Under the pieces are notes generated by a model. The model was not told where the DNA came from. It did not search any database and saw nothing but the letters and a program-made list of their open reading frames with translations. From contig JAHJQJ010000083.1 in NCBI GenBank assembly GCA_018819325.1, positions 1,067 to 65,066 on the forward strand: a DNA stretch of 64,000 nt, in the 5' to 3' direction. This document shows, piece after piece, positions 1-9,047 of the stretch. A program made the position numbers and the translations under genes. Source of the stretch: Patescibacteria group bacterium. GTDB lineage: Bacteria; Patescibacteriota; Microgenomatia; UBA1400; MFAQ01. Numbering within the stretch: position 1 is the first letter of the stretch; every line of letters starts with the position of its first letter.

Positions 1-1162
1 CCCAAGTGAGCGAAGCCCACATTAGCATAAGTTTGAAGGTGATGTGGATTTTACCCACAGCGTTTAAGGCGTTGGTGAGACTAGTAGAAACGGTGGCCCA
101 ACCGGCGTTGTAAAGGTATAAATATAAAGGAATAAGGGCGGGCAACCACTTGGTGTACTTGGGGATTATTTCTACCAATGGTCTTGCCAAAAAGCCCATG
201 GCTATAAAAATGGGGAATACTGCCAAACTTAGATATTTGATGTTTAGTTCTACTGCTCTTTGTAATTTTTCTTTATTGTCTTGGAGCCTGGAAAAAGCGG
301 GGAAGGCTACCTTGCTGACGTTATCCATAAATATTCTTAAGGGCATGTTGGCCCATCTACTTGCCCAGCCAATGTAACCTAAGCCTACTGGGCCGATTAG
401 TTTTCCTAAAAGTATGGTCATACCGTCGTCTTTTAAGACGGCTATAAAAGTATTGGCTTGGTATGGTAGGCCAAATTTTAGAAGTGTTTTTAAAGAGCTT
501 TTTTTGATTGTAAGTCCTGGTCGCCAAGGAGAAACTATGTACATTAAAACCAGACCAGTAATTCCCCTTAACAAAACAGCAATAGTGAAAGAGGTAATAC
601 CATAGCCCTGCCAGGCTAGATAAACGGCTACAAAGTTAAAGACCAAGGTTTCTGCAATTTGAGGAATTATTAGTTTGTTGAATTGTAATCTTCGCTCCAA
701 AAGAATTGAAGGAATGGTTTTTAGAGAGCTTAAGAAAAAAGATATACCTAAGGCGTATAAAAGATAGATTCCGCTTTGAGAGATTGAGTAGAAAGAACGA
801 ATGGTAGGAGTGGCTATTTTTAGTATCAACAAAAGAGACACAACGAGTATTTGTTGAATAGCAAAAGTTGTGGTTAGATCTTCTCTTATAATTTTAGATT
901 TTTTTTGTATTAGGGCGGCGGCTAAACCTATGTCTGAAAAATAGGTAAGAAAGTTAACTACTGAAGAGACTAGAAAAAAGATACCATAAATTTCCGGACT
1001 TAAGAAAACGGTAAGAGCTAAGGTGGCTAAAAAGGTGGTAATCTGAACAAGAAAGGTACGAGAAGTAAGTGATAAAATTCCCGATACAGATCTTTTGCTA
1101 ACTTGAGCCAAATCTATTTCTGGTGTACCTGGATCAAGTTCTAGCGGTTGGGTTTCACTCAT
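1..1162 (-). CDS. Polysaccharide biosynthesis flippase (Wzx/PST family), 5' portion; runs off the window start
   Basis: Not in the ORF track because it has no stop inside the window. Reading the minus strand from the ATG at 1162 gives MSETQPLELDPGTPEIDLAQVSKRSV... then uninterrupted multi-TM sequence (LGYIGWASRWANMPLRIF..., ALNAVGKIHITFKLMLMW) typical of PST-family flippases. Its ATG overlaps the stop of the upstream gene (ATGAGTGA). Confidence 0.6.
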   Translation of the reverse strand, partial: MSETQPLELDPGTPEIDLAQVSKRSVSGILSLTSRTFLVQITTFLATLALTVFLSPEIYGIFFLVSSVVNFLTYFSDIGLAAALIQKKSKIIREDLTTTFAIQQILVVSLLLILKIATPTIRSFYSISQSGIYLLYALGISFFLSSLKTIPSILLERRLQFNKLIIPQIAETLVFNFVAVYLAWQGYGITSFTIAVLLRGITGLVLMYIVSPWRPGLTIKKSSLKTLLKFGLPYQANTFIAVLKDDGMTILLGKLIGPVGLGYIGWASRWANMPLRIFMDNVSKVAFPAFSRLQDNKEKLQRAVELNIKYLSLAVFPIFIAMGFLARPLVEIIPKYTKWLPALIPLYLYLYNAGWATVSTSLTNALNAVGKIHITFKLMLMWASLTW

Positions 1163-2945
1163 TTTTAGAATAGATTATTTTAAATAATACAAGTAACGAT
1201 AAAAGACTGACAAGGTCTGATGCGTGCCGTACAAGTGTTTTGTGAAGTTTAACACTAATATTGGACACACCCCGATTGAGGTCAATTATTATTCTGCCCA
1301 GATCTTCATCTGTTTGATACTGGACTTGTTTATTATTTATTTTTACCTTCATGCCAGGATAGCCAAAGATTGGAATCATTAACTTGGCGTTTTCTGTGGA
1401 TACGTTGGTGGTGAAAGTTGTCCAATTACTACCCCTTTTTAGATCTAGGACTCCTCCATTGCCTTCTATAAACTGAGGAATGCTGAAACCTGCGTCACCT
1501 GGAGGGCGAGAGGCAGTTTTAGGCAGGTAGTCAAAAATTCCACCCGTGACTTGGAGCTCCCAAAGCCAACCTGAAAGTTTTTCTTCTCTGGTAATGTTGA
1601 CCGGATAGTCCATTTTGAAAAATGGCAAGTTCCAAAGGATGACGCCAGTGATTAAGAGAGTTGCCAGGATTTTTCTTTTGTCATCTCGACCGAAGTGAAA
1701 CGAAGTGGAGAGATCCCTGTGGCTGGTAGTCTTACAGTTGAGAGGGATTCCTCCACTACGCTCTGCTCCGGTCGGAATGACAGAGGAGTCTGGTTCTTTA
1801 CCTATAAACATAAAAAGTGCTCCTGCCGTGAATGACATTAGAAAAACCGGAATAGTGAGGAGGCGCCAAGGAAATTGGGTGTAATAAAGGATTGGTAAAT
1901 TGTCCCAGAACCAGACCGAACGGGAATGAACTAAAAAAGTGTAAGCCAAAGACACTGCCAGTAATAAGCCAATGAGTAAGTGTAATCGTCGTTCTTTTTT
2001 ATGTTTCTTGAAACGAAACAGAGCTAATAGACCCACTATACCAGCGGAGATCCAGTGAAAATGACCAAGGGGGAAAGCCATATCGTCATCTGGACCCCAG
2101 AGTGAACTGCCATAGTCCCAAAATCTACTTATAAACATTTGCTTTAAATCGGCAAAGTGGGCCAAGTAGTTAAAGTAGCCAACTGTTATGGATTCTACGT
2201 GAACGGAAGATTTTTCTAAAATTACCGGAATAAAGAAAAAAGCTGACAAACCTATGGCTAAGAGGCCACCAAGAACTAAGAGTTTTAAGTTTTTCCAGGT
2301 TTTCTTTTGCCAAAACCAGAAAAGAGACCAAATTACTGCTACTGGGGCAAAAATCATGGTCATTATGTTGTGTGAAAGCAGGAGGGCGGCAATAGAAAGA
2401 GAAAGGCCCAAGAAATATTTACGGTTGTATTTACTTGCTTTGATTAGTTTGTAGCTAAACAAGAGAATTAATGGAAACCAGACCATGCCCCAAGCTTCGT
2501 TCATGGCTCCACGGACGTAGACGTCTAATGAGTGATACGGAGCGTAAACGTAAAAAACGGCCGCTACCAAACCGCCCATGGTCCCAAAAAATTCGCTGGC
2601 TAAAAAATACATAAAGTAACCAGAAAGCAATAGAGACAGAATAAACATTACTTCAATTGAGGTGAAAAGACTGACCCCCAAAAGGTGCATTACCTCGGCT
2701 GGATAATAAGGTAATGGTGGATAAAAATGGAACATGGGGTAGCCGTAACCAAAGCCACCGTCTGGAATCCACCTGCAGGGTAACTGGCCGTCTTGAACAC
2801 ATTTGTCTAATTCGTAGAGTCTGAAGATTTGCAAGTCGTCGTGCATGGGGAAGTAGCCAGGTTTAAGTAAATCAAAAATTGCGGGAATGAAAAGTAAGGT
2901 AAGAAAAAAAATTACCTTTACTGCGCTGATTTTACCTTTTGCCAT
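1155..2945 (-). CDS. Large polytopic membrane protein with an N-terminal PTPS-related (PF10131-like) motif; putative GT-C-type glycosyltransferase
   Basis: The ORF is open to 3122, but the plausible start is MAKGKISAVKVIFF at 2945, since upstream it overlaps the next gene. Motif PMHDDLQIFRLYELDKCVQDGQLPCRWIPDGGFGYGYPMFHFYPPLPYY followed by many TM helices. Confidence 0.5.
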   Translation of the reverse strand: MAKGKISAVKVIFFLTLLFIPAIFDLLKPGYFPMHDDLQIFRLYELDKCVQDGQLPCRWIPDGGFGYGYPMFHFYPPLPYYPAEVMHLLGVSLFTSIEVMFILSLLLSGYFMYFLASEFFGTMGGLVAAVFYVYAPYHSLDVYVRGAMNEAWGMVWFPLILLFSYKLIKASKYNRKYFLGLSLSIAALLLSHNIMTMIFAPVAVIWSLFWFWQKKTWKNLKLLVLGGLLAIGLSAFFFIPVILEKSSVHVESITVGYFNYLAHFADLKQMFISRFWDYGSSLWGPDDDMAFPLGHFHWISAGIVGLLALFRFKKHKKERRLHLLIGLLLAVSLAYTFLVHSRSVWFWDNLPILYYTQFPWRLLTIPVFLMSFTAGALFMFIGKEPDSSVIPTGAERSGGIPLNCKTTSHRDLSTSFHFGRDDKRKILATLLITGVILWNLPFFKMDYPVNITREEKLSGWLWELQVTGGIFDYLPKTASRPPGDAGFSIPQFIEGNGGVLDLKRGSNWTTFTTNVSTENAKLMIPIFGYPGMKVKINNKQVQYQTDEDLGRIIIDLNRGVSNISVKLHKTLVRHASDLVSLLSLLVLFKIIYSKNE

Positions 2946-3973
2946 AGCCTGTTTATTGTACCGTAAGCTGAGTAGTAAACAAAAGGAATGATAGGAACAA
3001 GATAACGGGGAAAAAATATTCCTAAACTGAAGAGGATTAGGGAGCAGAGTATATATAAATAAATCACTCTTGATCGCCAAGAAAAGAGGCTTAATGAGAA
3101 GATTATTGGCCAAATTATCCACCAGTTTTCAACCTGTATTGTGCCATCACCCCACCAAGTTGGCCATTGGTTGAGATAGATTATTTTCCACACCCCCAAC
3201 GGTGGTGCTTGTGGACCTCCGGCCCACCAGTTGACTTGATAGCGGAAAAACTTGGCAAACGAGATTAATGATGGGTGATGAACAAAGTAGGTAAAGTTGC
3301 CGGCAAGAAAACCCAAGGCTGTCGCGGGTAAGGATTTTATTATACGAGAAAAGTGAGTAAAATCACCGGTGAGGGTGGTGTCGACTATCAAAGCAAGAAA
3401 TAAAGGGATACTGGATGGAAAAAACTTAATGCTGATTGAGAGACCAAGGAATAAACAAGTAAGAAGTGACCATTTGAATGAGTGATTGGCCGATCGGAAG
3501 CGCTGGTATGAAAGAAGTGTTAATAAATGCAAAACAGCCAGTTGGATGTCCAATAAGGAAACTGTTAGCTGACTGAGTAACAGCGGTTCAAAGGTGATAA
3601 CTAAAGTGAGAAATGCTGATTTGGTAAATAGATAGAAAAACAGAATTAGACACAAAAAACTAAGATAAGAAATAATATACGGGTTGCCGAACAGTTTTAA
3701 TGACAAACCAAAGAAGACTTTTCCTAGAGCTGGGTGGCCTGGGAACATTTGTTCTGGGTCTTTACCGTTTACTAAAGAGTAACCCTCGACTATGTAGAGT
3801 TCGCTATCTGATAAGGTTAGTTTGGCTTTATCACCCTGAGTGTACTGTGATTGATTATAACGGTCTATTGATTTGTTGATGTCGTATGGTTTGGTATAAA
3901 GATCAATATTGCTCCAAAAAAGAAAAATGATTCGAACGATAAGAGCAAGAAGCAAGAATCTTTTTATCCACAT
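2918..3973 (-). CDS. Polytopic membrane protein, GT-C/PMT_2-like (putative glycosyltransferase)
   Basis: 351 aa hydrophobic ORF sitting within the glycosyltransferase cluster; no diagnostic catalytic motif recognised. Confidence 0.4.
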   Translation of the reverse strand: MWIKRFLLLALIVRIIFLFWSNIDLYTKPYDINKSIDRYNQSQYTQGDKAKLTLSDSELYIVEGYSLVNGKDPEQMFPGHPALGKVFFGLSLKLFGNPYIISYLSFLCLILFFYLFTKSAFLTLVITFEPLLLSQLTVSLLDIQLAVLHLLTLLSYQRFRSANHSFKWSLLTCLFLGLSISIKFFPSSIPLFLALIVDTTLTGDFTHFSRIIKSLPATALGFLAGNFTYFVHHPSLISFAKFFRYQVNWWAGGPQAPPLGVWKIIYLNQWPTWWGDGTIQVENWWIIWPIIFSLSLFSWRSRVIYLYILCSLILFSLGIFFPRYLVPIIPFVYYSAYGTINRLWQKVKSAQ

Positions 3974-3983
3974 AAATGTTATT

Positions 3984-4238
3984 TTAGAACAAGAAGAGGC
4001 GGTATGCGTCGCGCCGATGGGAAAGACTTAAAATAATTAGTTCTTTTTTATTGAAGGTATAAAGAATACGATGGTTGCCCACCCGAAGACGCCAGTTTTC
4101 TCTGCCAGCTAATTTTTTGGAGTTTGGAGACATTGGGTTTTCTGACAACTTGACAATACTACCAGTTAATAAGATACGCATTTGAGGCGGTAGTTTCTTG
4201 ATCTGTTTTTTGGCTTTGGAGGAAAGAAGAATTTCCAT
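3984..4238 (-). CDS. RelE/ParE-family toxin (type II TA)
   Basis: 84 aa with ...WRLRVGNHRILYTF... RelE-like core; overlaps the upstream antitoxin by 1 nt. Confidence 0.7.
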   Translation of the reverse strand: MEILLSSKAKKQIKKLPPQMRILLTGSIVKLSENPMSPNSKKLAGRENWRLRVGNHRILYTFNKKELIILSLSHRRDAYRLFLF

Positions 4239-4495
4239 TAAGCTTTTTGGATTTCTTCTAAAACTTTTTTAAAAGGCGTTCTTTTTAGATTTATGGTTTC
4301 GTCAAACTCTATGTTGTCTAAGTAGTCCTCGTACGCTTCCTGGAGTGCAAATAAATACTGGGGGCTTACAACAACTACCTTTGGTTTACTGTTTTGTACG
4401 ATATTGACAAACCCATTATCTTCAGCCTCGTTTAAAATTTTAGAGGTTTTTTGTCTTAAATCTGTTACTGAATATGTGTTTAAATTTGTATACAT
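4238..4495 (-). CDS. Phd/YefM-family antitoxin
   Basis: 85 aa (MYTNLNTYSVTDLRQKTSKILNEAED...VVVVSPQ), YefM-like, immediately upstream of the RelE-like gene. Confidence 0.7.
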   Translation of the reverse strand: MYTNLNTYSVTDLRQKTSKILNEAEDNGFVNIVQNSKPKVVVVSPQYLFALQEAYEDYLDNIEFDETINLKRTPFKKVLEEIQKA

Positions 4496-4516
4496 ACTTG
4501 TATATTATTGCACACA

Positions 4517-5125
4517 CTATTGATTGTCAAGGCTTTGCCAGAGATAACGACTGGCTAGGGTGCGGTACGGAGACCATTTTTTGGCTATTATTATCATGGC
4601 CTTTAGATTTTCTCTGTCTAGTTTATATAACTTGCTCATGGCAGTTCTTATTCCTAAATCTCCTACCGGAAAGACGTCTGGACGATTAAGTGAGAACATT
4701 AAGATCATGTTGGCACTCCAAGGACCGATGCCTTTGATACTAGTGAGTTGGTCTATTACTTCTTGGTCAGTGGATTTTTTAAGTTTATTTACATCTAATT
4801 CCCCTGAAATAATGGCGGTGGCCACGTTTTGAATGTAGGATGATTTTTGCCCGGACAAACCCACGCTTTTTAGCTGATCAATGGTAAGTTTAAGGGTATT
4901 TTTGGGGGTGATCGAGTTTTTGAATAGTTTTTTGAATCTAGCGTAGATACTAGCGGCAGACGCCAAAGATAGTTGTTGATTTATAATTGACTCTATTAAG
5001 TCTGTAAATATGTCCCCTGTTTTGGGCCAGTTAAATGGCGGGTAATTTTTTATTAGTTTTTTTAATACTGGATCTTGGGAAAGATGTGTTAAAGCTATTG
5101 CGTTGTTCATGTTTGATGCTTTCAT
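4517..5125 (-). CDS. HhH-GPD DNA glycosylase (AlkA-like 3-methyladenine DNA glycosylase II)
   Basis: LTSIKGIGPWSANMILMFSLNRPDVFPVGDLGIR is a helix-hairpin-helix plus Gly/Pro-Asp loop. The start is taken at MKASNMNN because the upstream part of the ORF is encoded by a palindrome. Confidence 0.7.
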   Translation of the reverse strand: MKASNMNNAIALTHLSQDPVLKKLIKNYPPFNWPKTGDIFTDLIESIINQQLSLASAASIYARFKKLFKNSITPKNTLKLTIDQLKSVGLSGQKSSYIQNVATAIISGELDVNKLKKSTDQEVIDQLTSIKGIGPWSANMILMFSLNRPDVFPVGDLGIRTAMSKLYKLDRENLKAMIIIAKKWSPYRTLASRYLWQSLDNQ

Positions 5126-5129
5126 TTTC

Positions 5130-5177
5130 AAACCGTGACAATTTGTCACGGTTTCAACTGTACGATTTTTTCGTACA
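5130..5177. promoter_or_regulatory. Two tandem perfect hairpins (5130-5154 AAACCGTGACAATTTGTCACGGTTT; 5159-5177 TGTACGA-TTTTT-TCGTACA) in the leader of the alkA-like gene, downstream of a candidate sigma70 promoter (minus strand -35 TTGACT at 5214-5219, -10 TATAAA at 5193-5198)
   Basis: Read directly from the sequence; putative operator or attenuator. Confidence 0.35.
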
Positions 5178-5233
5178 CTTGATTGTACTATTTTTATACC
5201 GAATACTATCCGAAGTCAATAGTAAGTTTTAGT

Positions 5234-6820
5234 CTATTTGATTAACTGGTAGACCTGGAGTTCTTCTTGGGTTCCATCTGGGCGGGCAGGTTTGGGGTAG
5301 GTTTTGATTAACTCTAGTTTTTGAAGATCATGGGGTTTTAAATTATTTCTTGATTTATTGATTACTAAGAAAATTAGATTTTCTTTGGAAGTATTTTCTA
5401 ACGCCTCTGGGATTTTTACAGCCGGTTGACCAATACCAATAACGGTAATGTTTGGACGACCTTCTGTATAGATTTGCAGACCGTCTGGCAGGGTACCGAA
5501 GTAGCCTTCTGCGCCCACCACTATAGTTTTACCTTGATTAGATAGATTGATTAGGTAATTAGCAAAGTCTTTTTGCCCCCAACCAGCGGTCCATTCTTCT
5601 AGGTAACCATGACGCATACGGCTGGGCATGTTGATTTCTGCTGGTTTAAATATGTAGAAAACCGAGGTAATTAGAGGGAACAGAAGAACGAGCAAGATTA
5701 AAAGAGTTTGTTTTTTTACTTTTTTACTAATCCAGACGAGACCAAGAGAGGTTAATATGATTAGGGGTAGGACTGCAAAGTAAAGATATCTTGGGGTGTA
5801 AACCTTGGCGATTAATGCTTGGGCTATTAGGGGTGTCATAGAGATTGTTAAAATTGCTAGGGCCTTTCTTCTAGTTTCTTTTTTTGAGAAAGAAAGAAGT
5901 GCTGACAAGGCTATGGGTGGAGTAAGTAAGGTGAAAATCCAAGAAAGGGTTGACTTTAAGTTACCGGTAAAGGGGTTCAGGGGGTGTTGTAGTACTTCTG
6001 AGAATGAAAATAAATAGTCTTGGTTTCTTGAACCCACCATGTTGAAATTGGAACCTAATCGCAAAATATTATAAATTGCTTGGGAAATAACAAAAGCTAA
6101 AAGCCAGCCAGCGAGCAATTTAATTGCACTTCGGAAGTGCAATTTTTTGAAGAAGAAGATGGCGAGGATGGGTTGCCAGAGGTAGAAAAATATGGCGGGG
6201 GACTTGGTTAGAAAAGCTAAGCCTAAAATTACTCCTAAGATCATTGCCAGATCTAGTCTGGGTTTTTTTACATACAAGTAACCAATGACCAATGACCAGA
6301 TTCCAAACATGGCCAACATACTATCTACTAGGGCTAGTCTGTCGAAGAAAACTGTGTATGGAGTAATGGCGTATAAAAGACCGGTTACTAGACTAATTTT
6401 AAGAGAGGAGAATAATAAATAGGAGAGAGTGGTTAACCCCAAAAGACTACCAAAACCTGCTAATACTGAAAGAACCCTACCAGCTATGACTGGGTCGTTG
6501 AAGATCTTAAACATGGGGATCATGGCCCACATAAAAAGTGGTTGCTTGCCGTCTTGAAGTGGTAAAAATCTTAAGGTTGGTTCTGATCTCATAACCTGGG
6601 CCCAACGAATGTAAATGGCTTCGTCTACAAAAACAGGCAGGCCGTTTAAATTAATCAGGCGGAGGACAAAGAAGGCGACGATCGTTGCGGTGAGGGCGAT
6701 GGTGTGCCAGAGTTTTGGTTTGGGGAATGTTGGCTTGAGGAATGTTGGCTTGAGGAATGTTAGCTTGGGGAGTTTTGACTTGAGGAATGTTGGCTTGGGG
6801 GGGTTTAAAAACTTTTTCAT
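5234..6820 (-). CDS. GT-C fold membrane glycosyltransferase (ArnT/PMT family, VDEAIY motif)
   Basis: LPVFVDEAIYIRWAQ DE-motif followed by many TM helices; N-terminal KPTFLKPTFLKPTF peptide repeat. Confidence 0.6.
   Translation of the reverse strand: MKKFLNPPKPTFLKSKLPKLTFLKPTFLKPTFPKPKLWHTIALTATIVAFFVLRLINLNGLPVFVDEAIYIRWAQVMRSEPTLRFLPLQDGKQPLFMWAMIPMFKIFNDPVIAGRVLSVLAGFGSLLGLTTLSYLLFSSLKISLVTGLLYAITPYTVFFDRLALVDSMLAMFGIWSLVIGYLYVKKPRLDLAMILGVILGLAFLTKSPAIFFYLWQPILAIFFFKKLHFRSAIKLLAGWLLAFVISQAIYNILRLGSNFNMVGSRNQDYLFSFSEVLQHPLNPFTGNLKSTLSWIFTLLTPPIALSALLSFSKKETRRKALAILTISMTPLIAQALIAKVYTPRYLYFAVLPLIILTSLGLVWISKKVKKQTLLILLVLLFPLITSVFYIFKPAEINMPSRMRHGYLEEWTAGWGQKDFANYLINLSNQGKTIVVGAEGYFGTLPDGLQIYTEGRPNITVIGIGQPAVKIPEALENTSKENLIFLVINKSRNNLKPHDLQKLELIKTYPKPARPDGTQEELQVYQLIK
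6719..6797. repeat. 5 x 15-nt tandem repeat (TTGAGGAATGTTGGC and variants) encoding the KPTFL peptide repeat at the N-terminus of the GT-C protein
   Basis: Seen directly in the sequence. Confidence 0.8.
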
Positions 6821-7572
6821 TAGTTGTATTTACCTTTAAGGTCGTTTAATTTTACGGTTATTATTTGATTAAACATGTCGATTGACTCGGTTATGAAATT
6901 TTTACCTTTGCCGGTGGAGACGTCTTCGTTTTGCCAGACTACATCAACTTCTTTTAGTTTGTGACCTGTTTTTTCTGCTAGAAATAGCAGTTCTACGTCG
7001 TAGGCGGAGACGGTCCAACCTTTGGCATTTTTGGCATTTTTTATTACGGATAATTTGGGAAAGATTTGTAAAGCTATTTCTCTCTTTAATGATTTAAAGC
7101 CGCACTGGGTGTCTGAGATATTTTTTAGCAAGAATGTTTGACGGACGACTCTGAAACCCCAAGAGGTGAGTTGACGAACAAATGGGAAATTTTTTCTAGC
7201 CTTACCTCTGGAACCAAAAACTACGTTAAAACCTTTTTTATACCAAGGAAGAAGTTTTTCTATTTCTTTTAGTGGCGTGGACTGATCCATGTCTGCAAAT
7301 AAAACTATTTCTCCCTTAGCTTTTTTTATACCACTCCAAAGACCCTGGGCTTTACCACCATGATTGCCTTTGATTAGTTTGAAACCTTTATGATTATTTA
7401 CAAAGCTTTCTAGAATTTTTATACTGCCATCGGTAGAGCCGTCGTCGTTTATTATTACTTCCCAAGTAAATTTGGCCTTTCTAAGATAATTTACAACTTC
7501 TTCTAGCACCCCACGCTCTAGATTTTCCTTTTCGTTATAGTTGGGGATAATTATGGAGACCTTGGGCTTCAT
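6820..7572 (-). CDS. GT2 glycosyltransferase, polyprenol-phosphate mannose/glucose synthase (Dpm1-like)
   Basis: SIIIPNYNEKENL...INDDGSTDGS...FADMDQS...CGFK motifs. Confidence 0.8.
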   Translation of the reverse strand: MKPKVSIIIPNYNEKENLERGVLEEVVNYLRKAKFTWEVIINDDGSTDGSIKILESFVNNHKGFKLIKGNHGGKAQGLWSGIKKAKGEIVLFADMDQSTPLKEIEKLLPWYKKGFNVVFGSRGKARKNFPFVRQLTSWGFRVVRQTFLLKNISDTQCGFKSLKREIALQIFPKLSVIKNAKNAKGWTVSAYDVELLFLAEKTGHKLKEVDVVWQNEDVSTGKGKNFITESIDMFNQIITVKLNDLKGKYN

Positions 7573-7577
7573 GCGGT

Positions 7578-9047
7578 TTATTGTAGCCTAAGGCGACGGT
7601 GGACTTCTATGCCACCGAAATTTTCTTGTTTATTGATTTCACCGATACCTGACTGGCGGTCCATCCAAGCCTGAAGTCGTTCTGGGTGAGGTGGATCGAC
7701 CTCGCTAAGTGTAATCAGTAAGGGGACAAGTTCTTTGCTTGGTTGGCGGTCATATTTTTTTGGACCGTACCACAAAAATAAATAGTCGTAAGCGTGAGGA
7801 ATTACCGGCGGAACGTAAACGTCGATATTGAAAGGTTCGTTACCAGCTTGCTGGTAAACCCAATCGATGGTCTGGAGTTGATTACCAAAACTAATATTTT
7901 CTGGGCCAGAGAAACTAGAGTTAAGATAGTTCTTTAATAGAATAAAGTTTGGCTTGGCGAATAGAAATAAAATAATTACAGGAATTATAGCCCAATGTTT
8001 TTTGGTAAATAGATGTGCGATACTGCCTGAAACTAGAATAATAAATATGGGAAAAAGACCAACGAGATAGTAGCTATAAAAATTACCTTGATTGCCTCTA
8101 TAAAAACTTAAAACCAGAAGTGGAAAGAATAATAACCAGAGCAGAAGATAATTAATTGAAGTTTTGTATTTTTTGGTAGTTAATGAGACAAAGAGAACTA
8201 AAACTAAAACTAAAGTTAGATACAGATAGTTTTGAGGAATCAAGAGGGTGGCAAAAGTATCTTGATAGAAATGCCAACGGTCAATTGTCTTTGGAATAGA
8301 AAAGATAAAACTTGGATTGGTAGAGTCGGCGAAGTGTTTTATTATAGCCTTGAACATTATGTGGTCATGGCGAAAGTCGAATAAAACCTGGGGGATGAGG
8401 GTTAAAAGAAATACAAAAACCGAGGAAATTAAGGTTTTGACAGATGGCCAGTATTTTTTTTGGAACAAGAAAAACAGAAAAACGGCGGGGATAAACCAGA
8501 TTTCTGAGGCAATCTCTAGTTGAAGGTTTAGACCTAGCATGAGGGCAGTAATGGGCCAGTAGAGTGATGTTTTTTTGGCTTTAATTATTTGAATTAGGCT
8601 GTAGATCATGATGGGGACGGTGGTAAAAATGAGTGAGGGTTCAGAAAGCCAACGAGATAGGGAGACTAAGTGGTTTGAAAACCCTAATAAAAATACAGCT
8701 ACCAGACCAGCCGTGGGAGAAAATAAAGCCTTAGCAGAGAGATAGATAAAGTAGAGACCAACCATGTTGATTATCTGCAACCATATGGCCGCAACTATTG
8801 GACTCCCCTGCCCTATTAGGTAACCTGGAAGAAGAAGGTAATAGAATAAAGGACCCCGTAAGATTCCGGCAAGGCCGGTGGTGGGGCCAACTAAAACTGG
8901 CTTAGGTGTGTGGATCATTTCGTGGATAATTAGAGCATCTCTTCCTTGATCAAAATAAAATCTTAGAAGTGCGTCGGTACGATAAGAGCGAACAAAAAAA
9001 GCACCGAGGAGGAGGATTGCCAAAATTATTTTGTGTTTATTTTGCAT
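7578..9047 (-). CDS. GT-C fold membrane glycosyltransferase (ArnT/PMT-like)
   Basis: 489 aa polytopic protein with FDQGRDALII N-terminal motif; paralog of the next gene. Confidence 0.55.
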   Translation of the reverse strand: MQNKHKIILAILLLGAFFVRSYRTDALLRFYFDQGRDALIIHEMIHTPKPVLVGPTTGLAGILRGPLFYYLLLPGYLIGQGSPIVAAIWLQIINMVGLYFIYLSAKALFSPTAGLVAVFLLGFSNHLVSLSRWLSEPSLIFTTVPIMIYSLIQIIKAKKTSLYWPITALMLGLNLQLEIASEIWFIPAVFLFFLFQKKYWPSVKTLISSVFVFLLTLIPQVLFDFRHDHIMFKAIIKHFADSTNPSFIFSIPKTIDRWHFYQDTFATLLIPQNYLYLTLVLVLVLFVSLTTKKYKTSINYLLLWLLFFPLLVLSFYRGNQGNFYSYYLVGLFPIFIILVSGSIAHLFTKKHWAIIPVIILFLFAKPNFILLKNYLNSSFSGPENISFGNQLQTIDWVYQQAGNEPFNIDVYVPPVIPHAYDYLFLWYGPKKYDRQPSKELVPLLITLSEVDPPHPERLQAWMDRQSGIGEINKQENFGGIEVHRRLRLQ

